This document shows, in pieces, positions 1 through 14,473 of a stretch of 64,000 nt of DNA (position 1 is its first letter; the number at the start of each line of letters is the position of its first letter). The DNA comes from an uncultured Acidimicrobiaceae bacterium (lineage in GTDB: Bacteria > Actinomycetota > Acidimicrobiia > Acidimicrobiales > RAAP-2). A program made the translations under genes and the position numbers. The notes beneath the pieces are model-generated. The model had not been told where the DNA came from. It saw only the letters and a program-made list of their open reading frames with translations, and made no database searches. The DNA lies in NCBI GenBank assembly GCA_963704425.1, contig OY969907.1, positions 17,553-81,552 of the forward strand, written 5' to 3'.

Positions 1-748
1 TGTCGAGACCGAGGGTGGAGTCAATCCACTCAATCTGGACGTCGCCGAACGTACTCCCCTGTCCCAGGGCCACGTGGCCCAGTTTGCACAACTCCAAGAT
101 GGCGAGGAAGTGAACGATGATCTCGATGCGAGTGGTCAGTCCTTCGGTCAGCCGACGAAAGGAGAGCTTGCCCATGGCGGGAAGGCGCTGGGAGAGAGTC
201 GCTACGGTTTCGGCCACGGTGACGGCGTCCACGGTGACGTGGTGCAGACGAATGACGCGCACGGGTTTCTCTTCGATGCCGCGCAGATACGCCATGGCGA
301 GTTGGGTGGTGGTCACGCCGGCCAAGAGATCGGGGGGCTCGACCTCGAAGCCGTCGTTGACGCCGCGAAGTCGAGGGAAGGCGCGGCTCGCCCGTTCAAA
401 GAGCGAGACGAAGGCGTCGGCCAGGGCCGAGTAGGTTCGCAGTTCCAAGAGGCGGGCCAAGAGGACATCGCGCTCTTCCCATCCCACGAACTCCTCATCC
501 GGTTCGCCACCCTCGCGACCAGGTAAAAGGCGCTGACTTTTCATCTCCAGAAGAATCGCGCCGATCAAGAGAAACTCCGATAACTCATCCATCGAGAGCG
601 CGGTGGTTTCGTCACGCAGCACCGCCACGAAGGCGTCGACGAGCGGCGCCAGCGGCACGTCGAGCACATCAACCTCGTGACTCGAGATCAGTTGCAGCAG
701 CAGTTCTACGGGGCCGCTAAAGGACGGCGTCGTCACGACGAAGGTCAC
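1..748 (-). CDS. scpA: Segregation and condensation protein A (partial, runs off left edge)
   Basis: Hand translation from GTG 748: MTFVVTTPSFSGPVELLLQLI...FLLIGAILLEMKSQRLLP...VHFLAILEL, typical ScpA motifs. Confidence 0.9.
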   Translation of the reverse strand, partial: MTFVVTTPSFSGPVELLLQLISSHEVDVLDVPLAPLVDAFVAVLRDETTALSMDELSEFLLIGAILLEMKSQRLLPGREGGEPDEEFVGWEERDVLLARLLELRTYSALADAFVSLFERASRAFPRLRGVNDGFEVEPPDLLAGVTTTQLAMAYLRGIEEKPVRVIRLHHVTVDAVTVAETVATLSQRLPAMGKLSFRRLTEGLTTRIEIIVHFLAILELCKLGHVALGQGSTFGDVQIEWIDSTLGLD

Positions 749-799
749 CCGACAACTCTACCGGGTGGCCTTCAGGGGCCTCTCCTCTAACATTGGACG

Positions 800-1768
800 A
801 TGAAGATACTTTCTGGCATGCAGCCCTCGGGGCCGTTACACCTGGGCAATTACTTGGGGGCGCTGCGTCAGTGGGTGGAGGCGCAGAACGCCGACGCCTA
901 CTACTGCGTGGTGGACCTGCACGCCCTCACGTTGCAGATCTCACCCGAAGAACTTCGCGCCAACACCACCGACCTATTGGCCTCCTACCTGGCGGCAGGT
1001 CTGGACCCGGACATCTGCACGATTTTCGTACAGAGTCACGTCCCTTATCACGCGCAACTCAACTGGCTGTTGGAGTGCGTCGCTACCTACGGCGAGCTCT
1101 CGCGCATGGTGGCCTTTAAAGAAAAGTCCGAGCGCCAAGAGGGCTACCGCGTGGGGCTCTTGACCTACCCCGTCTTAATGGCGGCGGACATTCTTCTCTA
1201 CGAAAGCGAAGAGGTGCCCGTCGGCGACGATCAACGCCAGCACTTGGAACTCACTCGCGACATCGCCGAGCGTTTCAACAACCGTTTCGGTCACACGTTT
1301 CAGGTACCGATTGGGGTGCAGCCACCGGTCGCCGCCCGAGTGATGGACTTCCAAGACCCCTACCGAAAGATGAGTAAGTCGCTGGCCAGTCCCCTCGGCA
1401 CGGTCTACGTGTTTGACACGCCGGCCGACATCGAAAAGAAGGTGGCCAAAGCGGTTACCGATACCGACGGCGAGATGCGCTTTGACTGGGACGAGAAGCC
1501 GGGCCTCTCGAACCTCTTAGAGATCTACTCCAGCCTGAGCGGCGAGACGCCCGAAGAAGTGGCCAGTCGCTACTCGCGATACGGAGAGCTAAAGACCGAT
1601 CTGGCCGCCCTGTTGGTGGACACCCTGACCCCGCTTCGCGTGCGCTACGAAGAACTACTCGCCGCGCCCGAGGACCTCTACACGGTGGCCAACCGCGGCG
1701 CCGACAAGGCCTCCGCACTCGCCGGGTCGGTCTATCGACGCGCTGCGGCCGCCATGGGCCTCACCTAG
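800..1768 (+). CDS. trpS: Tryptophan--tRNA ligase
   Basis: SGMQPSG, HLGN (HIGH), VPVGDDQRQH and KMSKS motifs. Confidence 0.97.
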   Translation: MKILSGMQPSGPLHLGNYLGALRQWVEAQNADAYYCVVDLHALTLQISPEELRANTTDLLASYLAAGLDPDICTIFVQSHVPYHAQLNWLLECVATYGELSRMVAFKEKSERQEGYRVGLLTYPVLMAADILLYESEEVPVGDDQRQHLELTRDIAERFNNRFGHTFQVPIGVQPPVAARVMDFQDPYRKMSKSLASPLGTVYVFDTPADIEKKVAKAVTDTDGEMRFDWDEKPGLSNLLEIYSSLSGETPEEVASRYSRYGELKTDLAALLVDTLTPLRVRYEELLAAPEDLYTVANRGADKASALAGSVYRRAAAAMGLT

Positions 1769-2382
1769 AGAGCAGACTCAGCCACCAGTTCTCCAGATCG
1801 GGCAAGAGATTGGTCCCGACGTGAAAGAAGGTGAAGTCGAGGATGATGAAGAGAAAAAAGAACGGCAGCGCGCGCTGGCGAAACCGGTAGTAGCTGGGCA
1901 GACTTCGCGTCGGCAGGAATCGTGAGATGACCGCCGAACCGTCCAGCGGCGGTATGGGCAAGAGGTTGAAAACGGCGAGCACTAGGTTCACCAGCCCGAG
2001 GGCCGCAAAGATCAGCAACTGGTTGTAGCTCTTCGACACGTGGATGGCGTACTCACAGAGCGCGAACCCCACGCCCGAGAGCACGACGTTGACGGCCGGC
2101 CCGGCCAGAGCCACCCAGATCTCTTGTTTGCGCGGATTACGCAGTCGCCCGATGTTCACGGGCACCGGCTTGGCGTAGCCGAAGGCGGGCAGGCCCGAGA
2201 TGATAAGCAGCGCCGGCAAGAGGATGGTGCCGAAAGAGATCGACGTGGCGCAGCGGATTGAGGGAGAGTCGATGCTGGTCTTTGGCCGTCGAGTCACCGA
2301 AGTAGTTGGCCACGTAACCGTGCGCCACTTCGTGAAACGTGACCGACGGTATCAACCAGAGGAAGTAGGCCCATTCGTACAT
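1761..2382 (-). CDS. Site-2 protease (M50), split by an apparent frameshift near 2235
   Basis: HEVAH in ORF 2137-2382; GYAKPVPVN, AGPAVN and NLLPIPPLDG in ORF 1761-2297. Confidence 0.88.
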
Positions 2383-2395
2383 CGTGAACTACCTC

Positions 2396-3284
2396 TTAGT
2401 CGTGAGCTCGAGGGTGAGCGTGTTGATACTCGCGCTGCAACGTCGTCACGGACACCGCGGTATACAGCTGCGTGGTCGCAATCGAGGCGTGACCCAACAG
2501 CTCTTGGACCACTCTAATGTCCGCCCCGTGCGCCAACATGTGGGTGGCGCAGCTGTGACGAAAGACGTGGGCGCTGATGCGACCACGATCAATCCCGACG
2601 CTCAAGGCCCGCTTGTGAATCACCAGGTCGATGCCTTGACGCGTGAGAACACCGGAGCGGGCGTTCAAAAAGACTTTGGTGGTTCTCTTGGGAGGCAGAA
2701 ACGAGGGTCGCCCACCCGGACCCAGGTACTCCCGTAGCGCGCGGTCCAAGGATGCGCCGATGGGAACCAGACGTTGCTTGTTCCCCTTGCCCGTCAGAAG
2801 GATCAGCTCCTCGTCAAAGTCCAGATCGGAAAGGTCGAGGTTCACCACCTCGCTGACGCGGGCCCCCGTGCCGTACAGCAGTTCCAGCAGAGCGCGATCA
2901 CGCAGGTCACTCGGGGACGTCGCGGGGATGGAGTCCAAGAGCTTGACGATCTCGGCCTCACCCAGAGGTTTGGGAAGGGTGCGACCACGCCGACCGCCCT
3001 TTAAACGGGCGGTGGGGTCGACGACCACGTAACCCTCGTCCACGAGGTACGCAAAGAACCCGCGAGCCGACGCCACCGCTCGTGCCACGGTGCTCGGTGA
3101 GCGAGAGAGACGGGCCTCGTTGTAGCGACGCTCCAGTTCCTCTTCGCTGATCTCAGCGATCGATTTGCCTTGGTCATCGGCCCACTCGATCAGTGCACTG
3201 AGGTCGCGGCGGTACGCCTCAATCGTGGCGCGACTACGGCCTTTTTCGATGGTCAGCCACTGCAAGTACTCCTCGAGCTCGGCG

Positions 3285-3298
<14 letters not shown>
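2396..3298 (-). CDS. xerD: Tyrosine recombinase XerD
   Basis: LYGTGARVSE, GKGNKQRLVP, HVFRHSCATH, LLGHASIATTQLY; conserved pyrG-NUDIX-xerD context; probable start TTG 3298. Confidence 0.92.
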
Positions 3299-7125
<3,827 letters not shown>

Positions 7126-7133
<8 letters not shown>

Positions 7134-7935
7134 GACCCTCTCGAAGGCTGCGTCGCAGTCGCGTGGCCAGGTCGAAGCGTTGTGTCGCGACGAGATGCAC
7201 GGGGGTCGGACTCTGTCGAACTTCCACGTACTGTCCGGGTTCGAGGGCGCCGATGGTCCTTCCGTCGGCCACCAGTAGGGCCGGTTTGTCGTCCACCTGG
7301 AGGCGAATGACGTTGTCCACCGGTACCACGATGGAGCGATCGATGGTGAAGTGGGGCGCGATGGGCGTGAGAATCATCAAGGCCAAGGAGGCGTCAACCA
7401 CCGGACCTCCGGCAGAGAAGTTATATCCCGTGCTCCCGGTGGGGGTGGACACCATGACGCCGTCGGCGGAGTAGGTCAGATACTCTTCTTCGTTCACAAA
7501 CGTCTTGACTCTCACCATGTGTCCGGCGCTGGCGCGTTCGACAACAACTTCGTTCAGGGCAAACTCTTCTAACTCGACGTGAGAGAGCGTGATCTGCAGT
7601 GCGAGACGCTCCGAGACTGAGTCGCTCGTCAGAGCCCACTTCACGTTCTCGACCACGTCGTAGGAGGGCACATTCAAGAGAAATCCCACTTGTCCGAGAT
7701 TGACCGCAATCACGCGTGCTCCCACGTGGTGAGCGAGTCGAGCCGACTTGAGAAACGTCCCATCCCCGCCCAGGCTCACCACCAGCGTGGAAGAGTCCAG
7801 CGACGCCGCCTCACTTGAGTCGAGGAGGTAGAGAGTCGACGTCACCCCCTCGGCGCGTAGTTCTTCTCCCACGGCGTGCGCCAGCGCGACCGCGTCGTGG
7901 CGATGAGAGAAGGCGGTGAAGAGTAACTGGGACAC
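7126..7935 (-). CDS. ppnK: NAD kinase
   Basis: LGGDGT, ALNE, STPTGSTGYNFSAGGP. Confidence 0.95.
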
Positions 7936-8133
7936 GTATGACCTCGACCTTATGGTAGTTACAAAGGTCGACCACCTCGCGTGTCAACGAAGGTGCCCGG
8001 AACCCGTCGAGTAATATCGACTGACTGTAAAAATGGTGTGCCGGGAAGACTGGTCGGCGTCAGGGAGTTCTTCGATGGCCATGTTCAGTCTCTCCGTCTC
8101 CGCGGTGACCCGTTCGCGTCCTGGGTGGTCGCC

Positions 8134-9507
8134 GTGAGCACCTCGCGTAGACGACTCCCGAGTTGGCGTCGTGAGGCCTTACGCACCACTCTCTGGTTCG
8201 TTCCGGCCGTCCTCATCCTCATCGCGATCGCCGTCTTTATCGTCACGTTCGCCCTGGACGTGGGGGCCTACAACCACGACTTTCAACTCCCCTTCTGGCT
8301 GCGCGTGGGAAACGCGGCTGCCGGTCGCGACATTCTCATCGCCATTGCCGCCGCCATCATCACCACGGTGGGCGTCGTCTTTTCGATCACCATCCTCGCC
8401 CTGACGTTGGCGTCACAGCAGATGGGCCCGCGAATGATGCGCAACTTCGTTCGCGATCGGGGCAACCAGATGACCCTGGGTGTCTTCGTGGCCACTTTTG
8501 TCTACTCGGTGCTCGCTCTCGGGTCTATCTCCAGCTACCCACACCCGGGCTTCGTGCCTCACGTCTGCGTCGCCGTGTCCGAAGCGCTTCTACTCGTCGA
8601 CGTCATCGTGCTCGTCTACTTCATTAATCACATCGCGAGTTCGATCCAACTTCCCGAGGTCATCGCCAGCATCGCGCGCGACCTAGAGAGCGCCATAGAG
8701 GCGGAGTACCCGGCCATTGACAACGACCGCCCCCTCAATGCACGACAAGAGGTCGGCCACCAACAGAGTCCCGAAGAGCTCCTGGCCGTGATCCAACAGC
8801 GCGGGGGCGGCGTGCTGGCGGCCAAAAGTGGTTACCTCCAGTTCGTGGGCTACGCCAAGCTCACTAAAATCGCCCAACTTTTGGACGCCACGATTCGCCT
8901 TGATTTTCGGCCGGGGCACTTCATCGTGGCCGGCGATCCGATCGCCAAGGTCTTCCCCCAGGGTGCCGCCCAGCAAGTGGAGAGAGCCCTGGGGAAGGCG
9001 CACATCACTGGCCCGCACCGCACCCTGATGCAGGACCCGCTCTTCGCCGTTGACCAACTCGTGGAGATCGCCATTCGAGCCCTCTCCCCCGCCGTCAACG
9101 ACACCTTTACCGCCCTCACATGCCTCGACTGGCTGTCGGCTGGACTGAGCCAGATCTCGCAGCGAGAACTCTCGGTGAACGTCTTTCGCGACGAGGAAGG
9201 ACGAATTCGTCTGATCGGGGCCGGGTCGTCCTACGAGCACATCGTCAATCGCGCCTACGACAAGATTCGCCAGGCGGCCGTTGGTATGCCGGCGGTCCTC
9301 ATTCGGCTCCTGGACAACATCGCCGTCGTCGCGATCTCAACGGTGTCAACGTCCCAGCGCGAGGTCCTGATGCGTCAGGCCGAGATGGTCCTCTTGAACG
9401 CCCAAGAGTCCGTTCGCGACGAAAACGACTTGGCCGACGTGAGGGTGCGCTACGACCGCGCGTTCACGGCGCTTCATCCCCACGGCGACGCCAGCGAGCC
9501 GACGTGA
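8134..9507 (+). CDS. DUF2254 family membrane protein
   Basis: LASQQMGPRMMRNF, IRALSPAVNDTFTA; start uncertain. Confidence 0.8.
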   Translation: MSTSRRRLPSWRREALRTTLWFVPAVLILIAIAVFIVTFALDVGAYNHDFQLPFWLRVGNAAAGRDILIAIAAAIITTVGVVFSITILALTLASQQMGPRMMRNFVRDRGNQMTLGVFVATFVYSVLALGSISSYPHPGFVPHVCVAVSEALLLVDVIVLVYFINHIASSIQLPEVIASIARDLESAIEAEYPAIDNDRPLNARQEVGHQQSPEELLAVIQQRGGGVLAAKSGYLQFVGYAKLTKIAQLLDATIRLDFRPGHFIVAGDPIAKVFPQGAAQQVERALGKAHITGPHRTLMQDPLFAVDQLVEIAIRALSPAVNDTFTALTCLDWLSAGLSQISQRELSVNVFRDEEGRIRLIGAGSSYEHIVNRAYDKIRQAAVGMPAVLIRLLDNIAVVAISTVSTSQREVLMRQAEMVLLNAQESVRDENDLADVRVRYDRAFTALHPHGDASEPT

Positions 9508-9514
9508 CGACCGC

Positions 9515-9775
9515 CTAGGCAGAAGAGGCTGTTCCCTTGACTCGTCGAAGGGGTGGCACGGTTTTCGGAGGCGTGCGCCGAGGCGGCAAAGCCGTCAAAA
9601 GATCTGTGGTTGCCCGCGCGATAGTAACGACAGCCTCTTCGAAGGCCGCCCGCGTCGATTCGGACGTCTGGGTGACCCCGCTGACCTTTCGAACGAACTG
9701 GCGTGCGGCGGCCTCAATCTCCTCGTGAGACGCTTCCGGTTCAATGCCCCGCAACGTGGTGATGTTTCGACACAT
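9515..9775 (-). CDS. DUF2277 family protein
   Basis: MCRNITTLRG...EIEAAARQFVRKVSG. Confidence 0.85.
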   Translation of the reverse strand: MCRNITTLRGIEPEASHEEIEAAARQFVRKVSGVTQTSESTRAAFEEAVVTIARATTDLLTALPPRRTPPKTVPPLRRVKGTASSA

Positions 9776-9828
9776 GGCCCAAGATTAGGGCTGTCCACCG
9801 CCCGGCCCGCGAGACAGCGCTGCGGAAC

Positions 9829-10101
9829 CTACGGGTTCTGACTTCTCTCCACCAGCACCAGCATCCCGCCCGCTCGCACCCCGTCGGCCGCCATGGCCTC
9901 GGCCGCGGCTTCTGAACCGAGGACGTTCTGAAACGTCTCGAGATCAGGTGACTCCACGAGTAAACCCACCCGCTGAGTCGAGACCTGTTCGACGAAGGTA
10001 CGCGCGGTGATGCCCAACGGACCAAAGAGTGTCTCTCGGTTGGTTGAAGCCAGCCAGCGGTCAACGTCATCGACCTCATGAATCACAAGAATCGTTACCA
10101 T
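9829..10101 (-). CDS. Small hypothetical protein (possible dimeric alpha/beta barrel)
   Basis: MVTILVIHEVDDVDRWLAS...AAEAMAADGV. Confidence 0.6.
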   Translation of the reverse strand: MVTILVIHEVDDVDRWLASTNRETLFGPLGITARTFVEQVSTQRVGLLVESPDLETFQNVLGSEAAAEAMAADGVRAGGMLVLVERSQNP

Positions 10102-10552
10102 CCGATGCCTCAACTTTCGTCGTGGCGCGGAACCGCGCCATTCTTCGCTTTTCCGCTGCGACGCTACTCCCGGATGGATCTCGCGTGCGAGGGCCCAAAG
10201 GACGACGAAAAGGTTGACGAGACGCCCCACCGCAGCCTCCGCAGAATCGCCGTCTTTCGTGGACTTTTGGCTCTTTTTGCTCTCCAATACCTTGAATCTT
10301 GTTTTCACATATCCCCAGGTGAGGTCCCTTTAATTGTTCACGTTTTCGCTCCGTGGTCACGATTGCGTCACCCCCGGGGCTTAGGCTGACTCAGGCAGCA
10401 TCGACTGCCCTTAGCCACCCCACAGAGTTGTGGAACAGGTGACCAACCAATCCGCACCCTCCGGTGAGACACGTTCTTCACCAGGGTTCACGCGCCGTGC
10501 GGGACCGACCGGTCCTCCGAATCGGTGTCGTGTGCGGGCCAAGGAGAGAGCC

Positions 10553-10972
10553 GTGCGAAGAGCGATTTTCGCCATGCTGATATCGGCAGTAATTCCCCTC
10601 GTCTTCGTGGCTCCCCTCGCCTCGGCGGCGGTGGCCAGCCGACCCACACGGCCGGTGGTCCGTCATGACCTCATCGCGGTGGCGGCGTCGCGGGCCCTGG
10701 CCGCCGAAGCCCTCGTCCGCGGGGAGACGATTCGCACCTTGCTAGTGGAGTGGCAGCGCGTCGCTATCTGTGAGGTCAATGGAAACTGGTCGATGACCGG
10801 CCCCGTTTACTCTGGCATTGGTTTCTCCAACGCCACCTGGGTCCAATATGGGGGCGCCCGCTTCGCCCCTCTGGCGGGCGACGCTACGCGCGATCAGCAG
10901 ATTCTCGTGGGCATGAAGGTCACCAGAGGCCGAATTCCCGACCAGGACGGTTGCGACGTCGGAGGCTGGTAA
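10553..10972 (+). CDS. Resuscitation-promoting-factor-like transglycosylase, secreted
   Basis: Signal peptide; WQRVAICEVNGNW...GFSNATWVQYGG...ATRDQQI; AAGGAG RBS before GTG 10553. Confidence 0.8.
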   Translation: MRRAIFAMLISAVIPLVFVAPLASAAVASRPTRPVVRHDLIAVAASRALAAEALVRGETIRTLLVEWQRVAICEVNGNWSMTGPVYSGIGFSNATWVQYGGARFAPLAGDATRDQQILVGMKVTRGRIPDQDGCDVGGW

Positions 10973-11018
10973 CCGCGGAACCGCCCCGGATCAGTGAGAG
11001 CTCCGCTAGGTCGCAGTT

Positions 11019-11219
11019 CTAGATGACGTCGGAGTCGGCGCGGTCCTCTCCGCCCATGTCATCCTCGTCGTCCTCATCGTCCGCGATGTCGTCTTCGTCG
11101 ACCTCATCTTCGACGCCAGCGTCGTTCGGGTCGAGCCGGTCGGGACCACCCATGTCGTCGGGGTTCAGAGCGTCATCGCCACCTACGACGCTGGTGCCCT
11201 CATCTTCTGAATTCTCCAT
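11019..11219 (-). CDS. Small highly acidic hypothetical protein
   Basis: 66-aa D/E-rich ORF with AGAGGAG RBS. Confidence 0.55.
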   Translation of the reverse strand: MENSEDEGTSVVGGDDALNPDDMGGPDRLDPNDAGVEDEVDEDDIADDEDDEDDMGGEDRADSDVI

Positions 11220-11419
11220 AACTCTCCTCTGTTCGACAGTGTCGGTACAACGTACTTCACTGAAAGTGGAATTTCCATGCTTGGGCGAGAGTCGGGTTCG
11301 ACGCTCTCAACCGCCAACCGTCGAACCCTCGCTTGCCGAGAGCGAGCACATAGTAGTGCGACGCGTTGGCTCGCGCTCGGGTCCCTCTCGCGACGACGAA
11401 AACGAGAAAATACGTTCGG

Positions 11420-12445
11420 TTACGAGGTGATGCTCACCCCCAGGCCGGTCGCCAACAGCTCGACCCACGTCTGACCGGGGTTGAGATCGATGACCTTGCC
11501 CGCGAGGTTCTTATAGACGTCGCGGTGGTACAGGTTGGAACGAGACCACGTGCCGTGCTGGACGACCCCGCCCGAAAAGACTTCCACCGGGCCACTGCCC
11601 ACGAGTTGGGCGTAGGAGTCAATGACCCCCGCGCCACCGACATAGTTGACGGTCATGACGATCACGTTTTTGGGTGAGATCAGCGCGCCGTTGGCGGTAA
11701 CGTCCGGCGCACCAAATATCGAGCGGTCCCACGACCTGGTCTTTGTGTCCCAGGTATACGTCACGGCGTAGCCGTTCTCGAAGTTGACCACGAATGAGGA
11801 CACCTGGGGCCCGCGAGGGCTCTTTCCCACCGGTTCATACGAAAAGAGGGCGGGCGGGGGTCGAGGCTTGCCATCTTTGGCCATGAGCAACTCCGCGTAG
11901 GCGAAAAGGTTGTGAGGAGGATCACGTCGGAGATCGCGAAACATGGTGTCGCCCGCATCGGCCTGGTCGTAGATGTTGACGGGCGCCGTGGCGATACTTT
12001 TTAGCGCGTACTCCGCTCCCCCCGAGCAGGCGAAGATCCCGCCGATCGGGAACACGATCTCACGATCGGTGCGGCGAACGGATCGCACGGGTCCAACCAC
12101 GTTGGGAACGTGAGAGTTAAAGATCGCCGCCAAACGCGTGATGCCTCCTTCGACGATCTCCTCGTAGACGACGTCGGCGTCTTGCACGCCGTACTGGGGC
12201 ATGGCTTCGGGCGTGTTGTCGATCTTGACGGTGAGCGCCGAGCGGTCCCTCGTTGAGCGCGTGGGGTCCGGCAGACCCGTGAGAGGAGCGAATGGACCTT
12301 TGGGAACCGTGGTGGTTGTGGTGGTAGTCGTCGAGGTCGAGGGGCTCGACGTGGTGGTCGTCGACGAGTCGGCCATCGCCATCGGCGCGCCCACCAGGGC
12401 CGTCCCTACGCCAATTATCACCGCCAAGCTGAGTGAGCGACGCAT
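11420..12445 (-). CDS. DUF3048 family secreted protein
   Basis: APLTG, VKIDN, ADVVYEEIVEGGITR, GPVRSVR, PGQTWV. Confidence 0.88.
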   Translation of the reverse strand: MRRSLSLAVIIGVGTALVGAPMAMADSSTTTTSSPSTSTTTTTTTTVPKGPFAPLTGLPDPTRSTRDRSALTVKIDNTPEAMPQYGVQDADVVYEEIVEGGITRLAAIFNSHVPNVVGPVRSVRRTDREIVFPIGGIFACSGGAEYALKSIATAPVNIYDQADAGDTMFRDLRRDPPHNLFAYAELLMAKDGKPRPPPALFSYEPVGKSPRGPQVSSFVVNFENGYAVTYTWDTKTRSWDRSIFGAPDVTANGALISPKNVIVMTVNYVGGAGVIDSYAQLVGSGPVEVFSGGVVQHGTWSRSNLYHRDVYKNLAGKVIDLNPGQTWVELLATGLGVSITS

Positions 12446-12565
12446 TGAAGCAACTTACTTCGCTCGTCGCCCCCGCCCACGTCGGGGTGGGCCGACATCA
12501 CGACGGGTACGCGAGCGCGGAACTTCGTTAACCTGAGGAACGAAACTCGAGACAAGGTGGACGGT

Positions 12566-12994
12566 ATGAGTGACGAAGCAACAAAGGCAACCAACGACTG
12601 GAACGCCACGATCATCGAGGAGTTTCGATCTCACCACGGCGTCGTCGGCGGAATGTTCGAGGGAGCGCCCGTTTTACTTCTCCACACGAAGGGGGCACGT
12701 AGCGGAAAAGAGCGCGTGAACCCCATGATGTATCTCGCAGAAGACGGCGTGATTTATATTTTTGCCTCGTACGCGGGCGCGCCGAAGGACCCCGACTGGT
12801 ACTTCAACCTGGTGGCCAACCCCGAGGTCAGCGTCGAAGTCGGCGACGAGACGTTCAGTGCCGTGGCCACGCCAGTGGAGCGCGAAGTGCGCGACCGCGT
12901 CTACGCCGTGCAGGCCAGTCGCTACCCCAACTTCGCTGAGTACGAGACGAAGACGACTCGCGTGATCCCCGTCGTCAAACTGGAACGAAGCTAA
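12566..12994 (+). CDS. Deazaflavin (F420)-dependent nitroreductase family protein
   Basis: LLLHTKGARSGKER, GAPKDPDWYFNLVANP, RVIPVV. Confidence 0.9.
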   Translation: MSDEATKATNDWNATIIEEFRSHHGVVGGMFEGAPVLLLHTKGARSGKERVNPMMYLAEDGVIYIFASYAGAPKDPDWYFNLVANPEVSVEVGDETFSAVATPVEREVRDRVYAVQASRYPNFAEYETKTTRVIPVVKLERS

Positions 12995-13022
12995 CTTCCT
13001 CGAGCGCTTCGAAGCACGCTCT

Positions 13023-13418
13023 TTAGGGGTTCGGCGTGATGACCACGGCCACGTCGCCGTAGGGGATGCGGTGGCGCTTCACGAGCCCCCCGACAAAGCC
13101 GAGAAACCTCGTCACGTTCCACATCACGCCGTACTTCGCCTGGACCTTGCCTTTGATCGCCGCGTACTCGGGGCCTGAGACCAGCCTTGCCGTAGCGTTT
13201 TCGACCGTGGTGCCGGGCGTCACTCGGCCACGGACGTCGCACGGTTGAACGGTCACGCGCGGCGTGTGACGAAGCCTCTTGTATTTTCCCGACCCCGAAC
13301 TGGTGGTGAAGCCCACCTGTCCACCGTCCAGGCCGACCACCCACACGGGGGTGGACACGGGCGTTCCGTCCCTGCGAAAGGTCGTCAAGAGCATATTTTT
13401 ACCGTCAGCGAGCGCCAT
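13023..13418 (-). CDS. PPOX-class F420-dependent oxidoreductase
   Basis: LTTFRRDGTPVSTPVW, SGKYKRLRHTPRV, KYG. Confidence 0.88.
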   Translation of the reverse strand: MALADGKNMLLTTFRRDGTPVSTPVWVVGLDGGQVGFTTSSGSGKYKRLRHTPRVTVQPCDVRGRVTPGTTVENATARLVSGPEYAAIKGKVQAKYGVMWNVTRFLGFVGGLVKRHRIPYGDVAVVITPNP

Positions 13419-13888
13419 AGACCAGAGCGTACTGGAAGGGGTGGCCCCGGAGTAACTAAGCGACGCGGTTGCGGCGCGTGGGCGCGGCACACTCTCGACA
13501 GAGTACGACGGAAGAGCGAATGTCAGTCTTGGGATCGGGCGCACGGAGAATGCGAACCACCCCGTTTGATCGACAGGTCTTCTGGTGCCAACAGGCGCTG
13601 CGGGCGCACTTACACGCCCCACTCGCGGGGCTGCGGGTCGCCTTTGGTGCCGGCTCCCCCGTCGATGGAAAACCTAGAAGATTGCTCACCGCTGTCTCCT
13701 TCGGTTGATTCAAGGCAATTTTACCCTCGACCCTGTGGAAAATCGGCCATACTCGCACCCTGACCCACGCCGCGATCTTTTTGTACACACAATGTCCAAA
13801 ACTGACCACAACCAGTCCTAGCCTCGAACTGACGTGCGGAAGCCCCACAGGGAGGTCCACTATCTCGCTTCGAGGACAGAACTCAGAG

Positions 13889-14362
13889 GTGACGAGGTCT
13901 TCACGGCGGCGGGATGATCGCGGCGTGGCCATGGTCTCCACCCTCGTGACGATCATCGTCTTGGGAGTGATCGCGGGCGTGGTCGTGGCCGAAAGTTCTT
14001 CTTCAAAGCCCGCCACGTCCACCAACGTCAACGGCTCTGCCACGACGACCACGACCACGCCACAAAGCATCGGGACAGACACACAACTGGCGGCCGTCTC
14101 GGGGTGCGAAGCCAACTTCGCGACCATCGCGGCCGCGGTGCAGGTTTATGACGCGGAGAATGGCTCCCTGCCGCCTGCGGGCACCGCGTGGGCGACGTCG
14201 TCGACCAACGGCGGGGCTATCATGCAGTCCTGGCCCACAGATCCCGCGTACTACACGATCACCTGGAACGGCGTCAGCGAGAGCGTTATCCCCAAGAAGG
14301 GTGCAGCGTCGCACGGGTCAGTGGGTACGAGTTCACCCTCCACGGGGTGTCACGCCGCGTAG
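13889..14362 (+). CDS. Type IV pilin / pseudopilin-like protein
   Basis: RRRDDRG followed by a hydrophobic helix; CEANFATIAAAVQVYDAENGSLP resembles GspG-type pilins. Confidence 0.6.
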   Translation: MTRSSRRRDDRGVAMVSTLVTIIVLGVIAGVVVAESSSSKPATSTNVNGSATTTTTTPQSIGTDTQLAAVSGCEANFATIAAAVQVYDAENGSLPPAGTAWATSSTNGGAIMQSWPTDPAYYTITWNGVSESVIPKKGAASHGSVGTSSPSTGCHAA

Positions 14363-14473
14363 ACGTCAGCTCAAAAAAGTATTCGGTCGTATCTTTCTCG
14401 TCACAGTCTTCTGAATGAGCTGTCGCTACGGGTCCTTACAGTGAACTGCTAGAACTCGTGGTCGGGAGGCAGC

